Shown in pieces: positions 1-13,483 of a stretch of DNA of 64,000 nt (the first letter of the stretch is position 1; the number at the start of each line of letters is the position of its first letter). The position numbers and the translations under genes were made by a program. The notes beneath the pieces are model-generated. The model saw only the letters and a program-made list of their open reading frames with translations, did not search any database and had not been told where the DNA came from. Source of the DNA: Eledone cirrhosa (lineage: Eukaryota); the NCBI GenBank assembly GCA_964016885.1, contig OZ024742.1, forward strand, positions 50,964,001-51,028,000. Direction: 5' to 3'.

Positions 1-213
1 TGAATGGTCGGTAGAGGTCATGTAAATGTTAAAAATTGATTTTGCGCCAAATGTAGGTTTGTGTCGGCTGATTGAGAAGTCACTGAAAAATAAGTCTTTC
101 AAAACAAATATGTGTGTGTGTAGTAGTAGTAAATAGGTTTGTTGTTGTGATAATGGTCAGCAGGGATGTGTGTGCGTACCGCAGCCTGTTGACAGTTCAA
201 ATGCCTATTTAGA

Positions 214-216
<3 letters not shown>

Positions 217-276
<60 letters not shown>

Positions 277-365
277 GTGTGTGTGTGTGTGTGTATGTCT
301 CTTTGTATGTTAATGTACGCGTGTGTATGTGTGTGTGTATATATATGTGTGTATGTGTGTGTGTG
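217..365. repeat. (GT)n microsatellite with degenerate (TA/TG) tail
   Basis: Pure gt run at 217-295, then mixed dinucleotides. Confidence 0.95.
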
Positions 366-809
366 GGTGGGTGGACCAGTATTTATTTCTGGTAAAATGG
401 TGTACATTATTCGATATTTTCAGTCAAAACGATTCTCTCAATAGAACACCAAAAACCTTAATAATAAAAGGTGTGAAATGATATATAGTATTGGCATAAC
501 AAGGTGTGTGTAAGTGTCCAGATTGTACGTACTGCAAGGGGAATCAATTAGACCTTGCCGTATTGGAATACTTGTGTACACATATGTATGTGCCCATCAG
601 TGTGCAATGCATGTGTGCGTTTATGTATGTGTGTGTCGGGACGTTTATATCTATAGACATCAAAAGGTATGCAAATTTGTGTATATTTGTGTTGCACCAT
701 AGAACATATGTGTTTACGTATGTCATTGTGTTTATATATGGATAGAGATGTATGCTTATGTAGGTATGTATGTTGACGTGTGTATGTTGTGGGTTCGTCT
801 TAGGGAGAA

Positions 810-1490
810 GTGTTTGGACGGGGTCCTTATTTGTTAATAAAGTAAAATTCCTTGCTGAAGAGCTGGGTGTGGGTGGCATTACCTTTAAATTTGTAGAGGG
901 GAAAGTTTCTAAAGTTGGGATGATTTTGGGCGGCACGGGTATCAATGTGTTCACTCAGTGGTATTTTCCTGTATTCCCGTATTTTAATTTGGGATCTATG
1001 GACAGTCATGCGTTGGCGGAGGCTGTATTGGTCTGGCCTATGTATTATTCTCGACAACCTGAGCAAGTTAATACATATATTAGATCTTCTGATGCGCATG
1101 TGAAATTGTGTTTTACTATAAAACGTTGTCCTTCTTTGAAATAGAATTCCGAACCCTCTATTAGGTTGATGCATATGCCACATTTGGGTCTATCGCATTT
1201 TTTTTACTGTGGGTTTCGTTGTTGTGCTTGGCAGTACTTTGGCATGTGTTAGGATGTTTTTCATTGACTTAGATTGTCTTTTGCTCTTTATGATATCGTG
1301 TGTTCGTAGTATTTGGTTCATTCTATGGTCATTTTTCAACACAGGGATGTTCTGGAGGATGGTGTCAAAGGCCTCATTGTTGAGGGGGGGGGGAGATGTA
1401 TGGAAGAGCTTTTAGTTTCGGTTGATTTACTTTAGGGTGTCTAAGGTCCTGGGTACTGAGTTTTAGGGCACGTTGGATTCCATTGTCAAT
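810..1490 (-). pseudogene. Penelope-like element 3' fragment (Neptune-type Cys linker + GIY-YIG endonuclease), disrupted
   Basis: Minus strand translates KKCDRPKCGIC...HNFTCASEDLIYVLTCSGCRE*YIGQT, then after a frameshift LRQRMTVHRSQI...PLSEH...KEFYFINK. This gives the GIY-YIG motifs (LIY..YIG, R..H) and a Cx4Cx2C linker. Confidence 0.8.
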
Positions 1491-1519
1491 TAGTGATGCA
1501 GGGTAGTCTCTGCCTATGA

Positions 1520-1565
<46 letters not shown>

Positions 1566-2999
1566 CTATATATATATACATATATACTTCATTATTTTTC
1601 TTATTGATATCTCTATTCATAGTTGTACTGTTATTTATAATAATGGTGTTGTTAATATGAAAACGTATCTTCAATTATTCTTTACATAACTTTAACTGCA
1701 CTGTCTGTCTTTCTTTAATTGTTGCATCTATACGTTTATATGTGTGTATTTTCTAATTTGGATGTTAGTGAGAGATTGAATTACATAATCGGGCTGCTTC
1801 TGTGGTTTCACATGCCTTTTGTTGATAACATATTTCTTTTATTGTTGTGATTTTTCATTGTGATAGCAGATTTTATATCAAAATCAACTAATTTACGCCC
1901 ACATATTGAACTAATGGTTGTCATGCGTTTACTTAATTTAATCAGACATGATGTTGTGCATTTATATCAACATTTGACATTCTCGGGTTGGGAAAATTCA
2001 TGTAATGGTATTTATTCGATGAAACGATATGCCATCCAGTTATGTAAGTAATTTGATAAGAATGGAGATAGCAAATGTACAGTCGTATTGTGAATGGCAT
2101 CTTGCTAATCGTATTTAAAAGAACGGATCCATTTTATACAAGGGACTATTATCGCTCTAGTAATTACGAAACACCATAAAATAATATGAACGTTAAAAAA
2201 AAAAAGGATTTGAGGGTTGAGACTATTTCAAAACAATGCTCCTATCGATTCAGTTGATTTGGCAGAGGTGATTATTTAACGATTATACAAAGGGTTTTGT
2301 TACAGATTTGTATTTTCAAAATTCTGAATTAAAAAAGGAAAGAAACAAAAGATGATGGCTAGATGGCTGAGGTTTCCGAAGATGATCAGTTGATAACAAA
2401 CAAGAACGTTTACGATTTGATGCAAATTATATATGTACGTGTGTGATTGTGTGTGTCAGGGGAGGGGGGGGGGGTCGTGTGGAAGGCAATATTGATAAAA
2501 GGTACGAAACACCAAATGTATCAGCCGTCGAATTTGATCCATGCAGTTCAAACAAATACCGACAGTAATGCTGGTCGATTCTGGGATCACAGTACCTGAA
2601 AATTATTCAAATACTCTCCTTGCAGTATTAAGACGAAAACCAAATAAAACATACGTGCATAGAAATGAATATACGACAATTAAGCCGTTCAACACTTGAC
2701 GAAGAATGCCAGTTAAATCTGGAAACGAAAAGAAAGGAAATTTTCAAAGTGATTCATTCAACATAACTTCCGTTTCCCTTCCTTTAGTTATATCTAATAT
2801 ATATATTTGAGAGTGTACTTGTGTATATTTTTATGTATGTATTTTGCCGAAAGGCTTCCAAAACGGCGCGTCATATTGACAAATGCATTTCATTTTCTAA
2901 TTCAGCGTTGAAGTAAAAGGTACTTCGGCACATGGTGTTTCTTGTTTCAGAAAAAAAAGAATAAAAAGAAAGAAAGAAAGACATCCTGTGGTGGAAATT

Positions 3000-3510
3000 A
3001 CCGGGCAATGACTTTTTATATAGCTAGTATCTCTGATGAACGCCAACCAGCGTGAAACAGATTGTTAGCTTCTCTCCCTTCTTTCGCCGAAAAGAAGTAA
3101 GTAACATAGTCACTACTTTAAAACTGATTGCGTATGGTCTTCAAAATGTTTTTAATTAAACAGACGGTATATTGCCAAATATAGTATCCATACATTCATT
3201 TATACATCGCCATTTAAGAGCACCAATCCTAATATCTAATTTTTGCTGGACCGGCAATCGCTCTGTATAATCAGCTCCTGATTATTACTGGAATTCTATA
3301 AAAATTCAGCTGCTATAGTTTTCGGCAAAAAACAGGAGAATACGTGGCTTCGATGAAGGCCAAGCAGCGTCAAACAGACTGTCAGCTTCTCTCCTTTCTT
3401 TCGCCGAAAAGAAATAAGTGACATAGTCACTACTTTAAAACTGATAGCGTATAGTCTTCTAAATGTTTTTAATTAAACATACGTTATATTGCCAAATATA
3501 CTGTAAATAC
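3000..3510 (+). mobile_element. Retrozyme-like family A, about 1.5 tandem 317-bp units with degenerate hammerheads
   Basis: CTGATGA-acgc/gcgt-GAAA-cagattg-TT at 3033. A decayed second core (TCGATGA...CAAA-cagactg-TC) lies at 3350, 317 bp later. Flanks are homologous to 22917-23480. Confidence 0.75.
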
Positions 3511-3537
3511 ATTCATATATATATATATGTATATCAT

Positions 3538-4330
3538 AGATTGAGTTAGAAACTCAAAATAGTATTTTACAATTAAATAGCTCAAAGAAGGGAATCTTTC
3601 CGAGCCGTGTAATATAATTGAATATATGAGAGGGATGAACACATGTATACAAGTATACATGTGTTCCAATTGCAAATGACCAAGTTAGCTAGGTTGAAAA
3701 AATACTAATTTAAAACAATGTGGTTTGCCCGTCTCGGTTTAAAGTAATAAATCAATAAAAATGACAAACCTATATCGGACAAGAGCCTTTGATACCCGAA
3801 CACATCTAAATCTGTTCCGCACAAATTATTAAGTGAAAGCCACCGTTCCTGTGCTCTTCTGCTGGTATCCAGGAAAGTCGTACCTTTCACTTCAAAGGAT
3901 CTAAGAAGACTGAACGATGTGTTCATATAAAAGTACATGTTGCAGCGCCTAGCGCGTCTCATACTCATACCGCTAAAAATAGCAGCCGGTTTTATGAGAC
4001 TAAAGTTAGCTCTACAGATGGAGCCGAGAATATCATATATTGAGTTAGAAACTCAACGTAGTCTTTTACAATTAAATAGCTCAAAGAAGGGAATCTTTCC
4101 GAGCCGTGTAATATAATTGAATATATGAGAGGGATGAACACCGATATAAGTATACATGTGTTCCAATTTTCAACCTAGCTAACTTGGTCATTTGCAATTG
4201 GAACACATGTATACTTGTTTAGGTGTTCATCCCTCTCATATATTCAATTATATTACACGGCTCGCAAATATTCCCTTCTTTGAGTTATTTAATTGTAAAA
4301 TACTATTTTGAGTTTCTAACTCAATCTAGG
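3538..4330. mobile_element. TA-flanked element: 499-bp tandem unit plus inverted terminal copy, no canonical HHR seen
   Basis: tgagttagaaactcaa... occurs at 3542 and 4041. 4168-4330 is the reverse complement of about 3535-3698. Confidence 0.75.
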
Positions 4331-5539
4331 ATATATATATATACATATTTCAACACGCACGTACACACACCCACATACACACACACACACAAACACACAT
4401 ACACACATACACACGTACCCACACACCAACACACACACACACACACGCACACACATCGAGGGATAGCTAGATAGATATATAAATATGATGAAAATTTGCT
4501 GTGTGATATTGTCAGGTGAATCTGCACATGGACTTCTGTTTATATTTATCTATACGTTTCTTGTCAAATATAAAAGTAGAGTTTAAATCACTCTCAGTAA
4601 ACATTGGAGGTAGTATCAGTTTCTGTATATTGATTATATCCAATATGCACTAAAGACACGTGGCTAAGCTATGAATTGCTTATCAATGAAATACAATAGT
4701 TTATGAATATATTCACTTGTTTCTTTCAATATGTATCCCTGAACGATTCACTTTGTATTCTATATCGACACGCTCTAATCAATAACACATCTATGTGTTA
4801 TTGTTTGTTTTATTTACCTATTTAAATATTAATATATCTATCATCTCTTTTTAATCAGGTTTATTTCCTTTGGGATATATTTGGTGACCGTGAACGTGAG
4901 CAGCAATGCATAACTTAGATTATACATAGCTGTCACTTAAGCCGATACCTAAACTAATGTGATATTAATTAAGCAATATTTCACGCAGGGACCACAGAAT
5001 GATATTCAATAACAAATATATATTCTTTAGTATTATATCGCAATCGATTTTTGGCGCATTAAATGATGCATGAAAATTTAGTTTTCAGGGGTTTATATTC
5101 CGATTTGGCTAGCAGTCACGTTGGAAATCAAAGCAGTGCATTGACGAAAAACAAAAGCAATATCTCACTTGTTTGATATATATTGAATTATTGAATATAA
5201 GCACTCACACTATTAATTCCTTTATCATTGTTTGTTTTGGGATCTAGCAAATATGGTTATATTCATGTAGTTTTCAGACCATGACTTTGTATATGGAATC
5301 TATTCATAATAGGAGAACTACCTGCTCTATCTATTACACCTGTCATAAATCTACATTTCAAATTAAATCGCATGTTAAATATCACTGACACGCACACACA
5401 CAAACAAATACGTATATATCAACTCGAACATTATGTACATCAAAAAATATAACTTTATTCTTCTAAATCGAGGATACGTTAGCTGAATATACATATCTAA
5501 ACACATACGCACACACAAACACACACACAGAGTAACAGA

Positions 5540-5590
<51 letters not shown>

Positions 5591-5593
<3 letters not shown>

Positions 5594-6637
5594 TAAAACT
5601 TGTCTATAGAATCAATCAGATATTAAAATATATACTATTTCTTCCTCTAATCAGCCTAATTAACCATATACATAATCAAATCCAGCAAGCTTTAAGAGTA
5701 AATTTTCTAACGGGGAAATCTCCGACAAACAATTGATCGCAGCTAGATCGCGTTAACTCCGTTCCAGTATTTATCAAACACTTCGGCAGCATGCAGAATC
5801 CGATCAAATACACCGTCAACCGCACGTAATTAGTAGTAAAATTAAACTTAGAAGAAATGCGCACAAACCGTAATTATATCTCTACCATGGTTTCTTCCTT
5901 GTTTAGGACATCCAAATACTATGGACTTGCCCAGAGTCAGGTTATCATCAGGAGATAAACTCAGAAATAGACATTTAATTTCTCAGACCGACCCCGCCAA
6001 ATTTAGATTCAAAAATGGCTAAGATCGCAATGTAGCTGTGTACCAGCCAGAGAGAAAGCGTGTGATTGGTCGCTTATGGCGGGTAGGCATGCTGCTAGAA
6101 AGCGCAGCCATATATCGCCAAATTTAATCTCAACCGATAGGGAGATTATTAAATATAGAGGTTATCACATACATAAATTTAATTAAATTAAATCAAGGAT
6201 ACATATATGTGTTGCAACTGTTCACTTTTAAGCTCAATGAAGAATTAATAAGTTAAAATCAAAAAATCAGAGCATTATATCATAAAACTTGTCTATAGAA
6301 TCAATCAGATATTAAAATATATACTATTTCTTCCTCTAATCAGCATAATTAACCATATACATAATCAAATCCAGCAAGCTTTAAGAGTAAATTTTCTAAC
6401 GGGTAAATCTCCGACAAACAATTGATCGCAGCTAGATCGCGTTAACTCCGTTCCATTATTTATCAAACACTTCGGCAGCATGCAGAATCCGATCAAATAT
6501 ATCGTCAACCGCACGTAATTAGTAGTAAAATTAAACTTAGAAGAAATGCGCACATACCGTAATTATATCTCTACCATGGTTTCTTCCTTGTTTAGGACAT
6601 CCAAATACTATGGACTTGCCCAGAGTCAGGTTATCAT
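5591..6637 (-). mobile_element. Retrozyme-like family B, 689-bp tandem unit (about 1.5 copies)
   Basis: 5591-5948 is repeated at about 6280-6637. It is flanked by (TA)n and carries an HHR on the minus strand. Confidence 0.8.
5877..5957 (-). ncRNA. Type I hammerhead ribozyme (family B)
   Basis: Minus strand: tatctc-CTGATGA-[stem II, imperfect base]-GAAA-ccatgg-TA-gagata. Stem I is 6 bp and stem III is palindromic. Confidence 0.8.
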
Positions 6638-6729
6638 TTGATTTAATTTAATTATATATATATATATATATATAAATATATTGAGAATATTAATAAATGG
6701 AAAATATCTTTATAAAAGCATATTTATTT

Positions 6730-6780
6730 TATTAATCGTATTTCAAGGTTACTAATATTTAAGTACGCTTTCGTCAGATA
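6730..6780 (-). ncRNA. Hammerhead ribozyme (family G, related to 14675-15020)
   Basis: Minus strand: tat-CTGACGA-aag...ctt-GAAA-tacgat-TA-ata. The downstream flank matches the 14976-15030 flank. Stem III is imperfect. Confidence 0.6.
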
Positions 6781-6846
6781 CATATAATATTTGGTGCTAA
6801 GATAGTGACATATCTTCACGTAAACTTAATTGTATAAGTCCAATGA

Positions 6847-6904
<58 letters not shown>

Positions 6905-6929
6905 GAGATATATAGTAGATAACGATATA

Positions 6930-7247
6930 CAGTGGAACCTCAATTCACGAAATTAATTTGTTTCACAAGGCCTTTCGTCACACGAAATGTTCGTAAACTT
7001 AAATTATTTTTCCCATTCGAAATGTTGAGAGAGATTTACACTGATAGAAAGATGTTTGTAAAAGTCAAGAAGATGTCACTATAGTAACTAACTACCACAG
7101 CAAGTTACGCATTCTCGCTGATACTTCTAGCTTCTCACCAACCCTTGTTGCAGATAGAGAATTCTGAGCACCGTTCGTCACCCGAGACATTTTGTACCCG
7201 GAAAAATATTTCGCGATGAGAAGCGTTCGTGAAACGAGGTTCTAATG
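6930..7247. mobile_element. Tigger/pogo-like (Tc1/mariner superfamily) non-autonomous DNA transposon
   Basis: TA|CAGTGGAACCTC...GAGGTTCTAATG|TA: imperfect TIRs with a TA target duplication and no ORF. Confidence 0.75.
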
Positions 7248-7302
<55 letters not shown>

Positions 7303-7305
<3 letters not shown>

Positions 7306-8005
7306 TTAAAAGATATTCTTTATTTTACGTCTTTTATATTATTGTTCTGCATTCTCCTGCATTGAACCACCTAGGTACTATGACATAACCTGTGTATTTG
7401 CTAGCATGGGCGTGCATCTGTGCGCTTAAGTTAGTTGATATATTAAATTATCTATATTTATCTCCAAATCACTGATTTGTCGAGCAAACTTGCCAAAACC
7501 ACTTCTAAAAAAATTTTTTTTTGGGGTGTTAGTAGGCGTCAGTCATCTTACCATCCCATTCCTTCTAACTAGCCTCTGTGTCACGTGATTGATTCTTTAG
7601 AATCGGCCATTTGACTTGAAGCAGTGAGAATTTCGGTACATAGAATCCAGTCCTCGCAAGCTGTTCGATCTACAGAATTATTATTATTTTTATATGAGCC
7701 GCCAGTGTCCGCGCATTGCCTGGAGACTTAACTGAGAATAGACTCCCTGATGACGCAATGAATTCTCGACAGTTGGATTACGTAACTGTCTTTATCCCAT
7801 TGCAGAAACTAATTAGTTGGAGTGAAAATTTAAGTAAGTAAAAAAATTAAAAAAAAAAATTTTTTTTTTAAAAGATATTTTCTTATTTTACGTCTTTTAT
7901 ATTATTGTTCTGCATTCTCCTGCATTGAACCACCTAGGTACTATGACATAACCTGTGCATTTGCTAGCATGGGCGTGCATCTGTGCGCTTATGTTAGTTG
8001 ATATA
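7303..8005 (+). mobile_element. Retrozyme-like family C, about 560-bp unit (1.25 copies)
   Basis: 7303-7440 is repeated at about 7865-8002. Flanked by (TA)n and homologous to 17545-18183 and 62266-63193. Confidence 0.8.
7742..7823 (+). ncRNA. Type I hammerhead ribozyme (family C)
   Basis: actcc-CTGATGA-cgcaatg...cattgca-GAAA-ctaattag-TT-ggagt. Confidence 0.85.
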
Positions 8006-8164
8006 TATATATATAATGATTAGGTATCGAGATAGAGAAGAGAATGGAAAGATGGTCGATACATATAGTTGCCAATCGTTTATGTATGTGTGGTCAATAG
8101 TCGTGATTACAGGGTTAAATATTAGAGGCGTCAATATTTAGTGGGCGAGAAAAAATAAGCAGAC

Positions 8165-9483
8165 CGATTATAAAGGAAATGAATACAAAGACTTTAAAAC
8201 CGTTAAAACATGTTTATATAATTGTACACCTACGTACGTTTCGCCCTGAGCGGAGTTATCAAGGGCATGGAAAGCAAAATAATGTTCAATATAGCACCGA
8301 GGAGGGAATTTATGGTTAAATTAACATCATCATTCACAGTAAGATTAACAAAACACTACACCTTAGCGCAGATAAATCTAGACATGACAACAACACAAAT
8401 AACCTTAATATCCCCCTAACAGCACCAAATAGGGTGGATGGCCGCCTCGGCAGACGAAACCCACGTAACCAGGACGTGATTGGAGAATATACCGGCGACC
8501 CACACGCGTCACCCACCGGCAGCAGAACGGGCTGTGGCGTGCGGAATAATACTGGTACAACACCGCACGCCTTGAGAGATAACAGTACCAATGACGGAGC
8601 TAGAGACATAGTTAACAACCTAGATAGCAATAATAATAGCTCTACTTTAGGAACTAGGAGCGAGCGTGACGGAAAATGGAACTGTCGTGACAAGGGAGGC
8701 TGCCCTGTCAGGGGAAACTGCCTGACTGATAAGGTTGTTTATAGGTGCACCGTAACTAGCCATAGCGGAGTTAAACACTATATAGAAGCCACCGCATCTC
8801 CACTCTTTCAAGAACAACAAATTAAGGCACTCCACATCGCTTGCCAACTACGTCACCAAATGCCAGCTCTGCTTCATGGAGCTGTACTACATCATAAGAA
8901 CACCCCATGAGCTCTTAAATAGCCGAGCAGAATCAGTTATTAATTGTAAACACCGGGTACAGACGTCGTATTTTGCCTGTGAGGCGACTGTGACATGAAA
9001 ACTACGAATTGGGTCCTCCTGCCCAAACCATAACACCCCGGTGGGCACGCACTATGAACAAACATCTGTTAACCAATTGTACACTGCAGACCATACTCGA
9101 ACAAGCATTAGTGAAGCAACATCCACTAAATAATAAATGGACACTCCAGACCCGACCTGTACTGGCACTAGTGAAACAACACACATAATATAAAGATGCT
9201 AAACACCAGCATATGAACAGGCATTAAAATCCACATGGGACTGATTTCTTGAACGCCGGCCAGAGTTGCTCCCCCTGCTCTGTGATAATAAAAACACATG
9301 CACAAAGGGGAAAATGAATGATGATGTTAAATTAACCGTAAATTCCCTCCTGGGTCCTATATTGAACATTATTTTGCTTTCCATGCCCTTTTTTTAAAAC
9401 CAGCTCAGGGCGAAACGTACGTAGGTGCACAAATATATAAACATGTTTTAACGGTTTTAAACTCTTTGTATTCATTTCCTTTA
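8165..9483 (+). mobile_element. 5'-truncated Hydra-type PLE with inverted pseudo-LTR copy
   Basis: A GIY-YIG fragment at about 8680-8960 reads NCRDKGGCPVRGNCLTDKVVYRC...YIEAT. 8170-8340 and 9312-9483 are inverted copies carrying a decayed HHR (GAAA-cgtacg-TA). Confidence 0.75.
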
Positions 9484-9914
9484 TATATATATATAAAATT
9501 ATAAGTTTGAAGAACAGTCAGACAAAATATATCCAATTTTTCATCTCCTTAGTACGTAGAAATTAACTAAATAAATAATCATTTAAACGGAGCTAAGTTT
9601 AAAATGTAACTTTGAAGACATAACAGATAAATGTTACACACCATCCTCTGTGAGGAACAGTCAAATAAAATTTACCTAGTCTTTCCTCTTAGCCCGTAGA
9701 AATTAGCTAGACAAATAATCAATTAAACGGAGCTAAGTCTAAAGAGTAAGTTTATAGAAAAAATGTATATAAACTTCAACAAAATTCTTCTAGTCCCGAT
9801 TATCGACAGTTTCGCTCGTACTTTGTGGATATGTCCAATCCTGCTATTATCCATGAGGTTTCGAGCTTTTCAAGAGACTCCCTCAGTTAAAACTAACATT
9901 TCTACAGTGATCGC

Positions 9915-9972
<58 letters not shown>

Positions 9973-10112
9973 TAAGTATGTATACGTACATACATACAGA
10001 CGTACAGTAGTAGTTATATATATACATATATGCACACATATATATGTACGTATGGATTCAACGAACATTTATTATAATACTGTCAGACGTTCAGTCATCT
10101 GGCAGGAAGGTA

Positions 10113-10157
10113 AACGGTGCTGACGATAGCTAATAAGCTTGAAACTAGTACATCGTT
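10113..10157 (+). ncRNA. Minimal type I hammerhead (family D, copy 1)
   Basis: aacggtg-CTGACGA-t agct aata agct t-GAAA-ctag-TA-catcgtt. Confidence 0.85.
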
Positions 10158-10540
10158 CCTTTGTCAGTGTTGAACAAAAGGTCAACGATGGTTGCTAAAC
10201 ACTGTACGGCTTAATTCGGGATATTTGTTTGCAAACAAACCGAACATTATAATAAATGTTCGGTGAATCCATACGTACATATATACATGTGTGCATGCAT
10301 GTATATGTATACATACTACTGTACGTCTGTATACATATATGTATGTACGTATACATAGTTATATCTAAGTAATAGCCGTACTAAGAGTGAGAACTGAAAT
10401 TTCGTTTCATTTTTTCCATTTATTGTTTTCGGTGCGCCTCGTCGATAACTCACTCGATATGCAAATTAGGCTGCTTAGCCGTTAATATGCATAAGGAAAG
10501 TATATACTTTCAGACGTTCAATCATCTGGCAGGAAGGTAT

Positions 10541-10583
10541 ACGATGCTGACGATAGCTAATAAGCTTGAAACTAGTATATCGT
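10541..10583 (+). ncRNA. Minimal type I hammerhead (family D, copy 2)
   Basis: acgatg-CTGACGA-tagctaataagctt-GAAA-ctag-TA-tatcgt. Confidence 0.85.
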
Positions 10584-10843
10584 TCCTTTGTCAGTGTTGA
10601 ACAAAAGGGCAACGATGGTTGCTAAACACTGTACGGCTCAATTCGGGATGTTTGTTTACAAACAAACCGAGCATTATAATAAATGTTCGGTGAATCCATA
10701 CGTACATATATATGTGTGTGCATGCATGTATATATATACATACTACTGTACGTCTGTATACATATATGTACGTACGCATACATAGTTATATTTAAGTAAT
10801 GGCCGTACTAAGAGTAAGAAATGAAATTTCGTTTCATCTTTTC

Positions 10844-10881
<38 letters not shown>

Positions 10882-11079
10882 GTAGGAGGTGAGTTTTATT
10901 GTAGTTGTATTATGTATACTCCAGTCCTACAAACTGTAGAGTGCTTCTTATCCGATATCTGCATTGCTTTATTGTACTACAATAAAACTCACCTCCTACA
11001 TTAACGTGCTCCTTAACGGTTGAGCGCTTACTCTCATATTGGTTACCTTTTGATGGTCCTTCACCTCTTCTTCTACAAC

Positions 11080-13483
11080 ATGGATTATTACAACATAACC
11101 AATTCAACTAAAGACATTCCTATACCTGGTAAATCTGAATTCACCAAACTTCTTATTGAAAAAACTGACTCCTTCGTAAGAAGACTTAGATGGACAGCCT
11201 ATTTCTATGACCAGCGCCTAAAAGGGAACTTCCATACCAAAGAACATAACTTCCTTGATCATCTTTTTAATTCTAGACGAAATCCTCCTTCCAACAAAAA
11301 TCTAGTACAATTCGAGGAAGAATTAACTAAAATAATAAAAAATCTTAAATTCAAGAGATACCTTTACAAAGGACAAGAGCACCTTGTAAATCTCAAGAAC
11401 ACAATCTCTAACCTAAATTCCTCAAAAAATGTTTTAGTCCACTCTGACAAAACCAATAACTTATATGGTATTTCCAAGGATAATTATAACAACCTTATCC
11501 TAAAGGAACTTAGCAAAAAGTATCGTAAAACCAACCATGAAAATTTAGAATACATAAACCTTGAAGCCTCTGAGATTATGTCAAAACTTGGCATTGAAAA
11601 AAAGACCTAACCATTCCTCCCAAGAACTCCGAGGATAAATCTCAAGGATCACAAAAACAATTTTCGCACTGAACTACCTGTTAGATTAATTGCTCCCTCT
11701 AAATCTGATCTGGGGGTTGTTAGTAAAGCCATCTTGGATAGAATTATCCCACAGGTTAGTTCTCATTGCTCTTCTTTGAACCTAAATTTATGGTTTGGTA
11801 CATCTGAGGTGATTGGCTGGTTCAACAAATTGGATAATAAAAACAAACTAAAATTTATTCAATTTGATATTGCCAGCTACTATTCCTCCATTTCGCCTTC
11901 ACTTCTCAATAATGCTCTATCTTTCGCACTTAAATATTCTGACATCACCACAGATGAACTTCACATCAACCTCACCGCACGTAAAACCATCCTAAAGTTC
12001 AACAACGAATATTGGACCAGAGCCGATACCTCTAACAACTTCGACATCACAATGGGAGCATCCGATTCATCCCAATTGACCGATTTAATTGGTATCTTCA
12101 TTTTGAACTCTTTGAGTCGGAAAATTCCTCAACTTCGCGGTGGAATTTATCGTGACAATGGACTCTTTACTATCCTAAATTGCAATATAGTTAACCTTAA
12201 TATTATTAAGAACAATATACGTAATCTCTTTAACCAACATAACCTAAAAATTGAATTTGATAATAGTATCAAACTAGCTAATTTCTTGGATGTATCTCTT
12301 AATCTTGACACTGGCCTATATTACCCTTACCATAAAAACAATGAGAACCTAAATTATGTTAACTTTAAATCTAACCATCCTACCAATATCAAGAATGCTA
12401 TAGTTAGTAATATTGGAAAAAGAATATCTAACATATCCTCTAATAAAAAACATATTTGATGCTAACGCCAATTACTATAATAACGCACTTTCTAAAGCCG
12501 GCTATCCAGATAAAATCAAATATAGTAAAGAAACAAATTCTAGAAAAACTTACAGTAGAATAATTAATCATGATCATTCCAATAATTTTAATAAAAGACC
12601 TAGATACAAAAACATAATCTGGTATAATGCTCCTTTCTCCATCTCTATTAATAACAATATTCCTAAATTATTTTTTAGTGCCTTAAATAAATGCTTCCCT
12701 CCCTCACATATCTATAGTAAAATATTTAACAAACACACCATCAAATTTTCTTATTCCACATCCTCCAATATTTCCAACATCATCTCTAAACACAACAATA
12801 AAATACTAAATACTAAATCTCTTCCTTCCAACATTGAATTTCATAATAACAGTAATAGTACTTCCGACGTCATTGTAAACCCTAGGCTAACTTCTGTAAA
12901 CCCAAATACAACGTCAAACACAACTTCGCTAAATGTTCATAATCCAACTCTAAATCAAGAAACTATTATTCCTATTATTCCTATCGCAAACAACTTCTCC
13001 AATCCAATTCCTTCTATAGATAACACTAGGTCACTCATTAATAATCTCTCTAATTGCAACTGCCGCATTAAAAATAAATGTCCTCTCAACAACCATTGTC
13101 TTGATAAAAACTTAATTTATGAATGTAAAATTATAACTAGCACCAATTCCTTCAACTATTTTGGCTCCACTTCCACCTCTTTTAAAGCTCGTCTCTATAA
13201 TCATCATTCATCTTTCAAATACAAACTTAAAAGAACCAACACTGCTCTCTCAGAACTCATATAGTCCTTAAAAGACAAAAACATTAAATATACCATCTTT
13301 TGGAAGAAGGTTTCTTCTGCATCCTCATACTTGAACAGCTCTCTATCTAAAATCTGTAATCTCTGCCTAAATGAAAAATTTACCATTATCTCTAACCTAG
13401 ATTCTATAATAAATAGACGCACAGATTTGTTTTCTATCTGCCTGCATAAATTCCATAGAACTTTTCCCAAAGTATACAGTTAA
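11080..13483 (+). pseudogene. PLE reverse transcriptase / GIY-YIG endonuclease polyprotein, disrupted
   Basis: Motifs HSDKT, LKDHK..F, FIQFDIASYYSSI, MGASDS, GIYRDNGL (YRDD changed to YRDN), FLDVSL, CNCRIKNKCPL (CxCx5C), LIY..YFGST..FKARLYNH, CNLC..EK..CLHK. Lesions: TAA at 11608, frameshift near 12450, TAG at 13262. Confidence 0.9.

Larger units (their letters stand above)
9968..10846 (+). mobile_element. Retrozyme-like family D, 427-bp tandem dimer with inverted 5' segment
   Basis: HHR cores at 10120 and 10547. 9968-10077 is the reverse complement of part of the unit. Both ends are in (TA)n. Confidence 0.85.

Noticed and set aside
3845-3895. Possible type II hammerhead on minus (GAAA...TC-ctgg ata ccag-CAGAAGA)
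   Set aside because: Stem II is only 2 bp, the stem III register is off by one and the core is non-canonical, so it is likely chance.
9845-9892. Minus-strand CTGAGG..gag/ctc..GAAA motif
   Set aside because: It lacks A9, a valid UH site and stem I. At best it is a decayed HHR and was not counted.
11608-13264. Recoding (selenocysteine or readthrough) of the PLE in-frame stops
   Set aside because: The stops are TAA and TAG, accompanied by a frameshift and a catalytic D-to-N change. Ordinary decay explains them.
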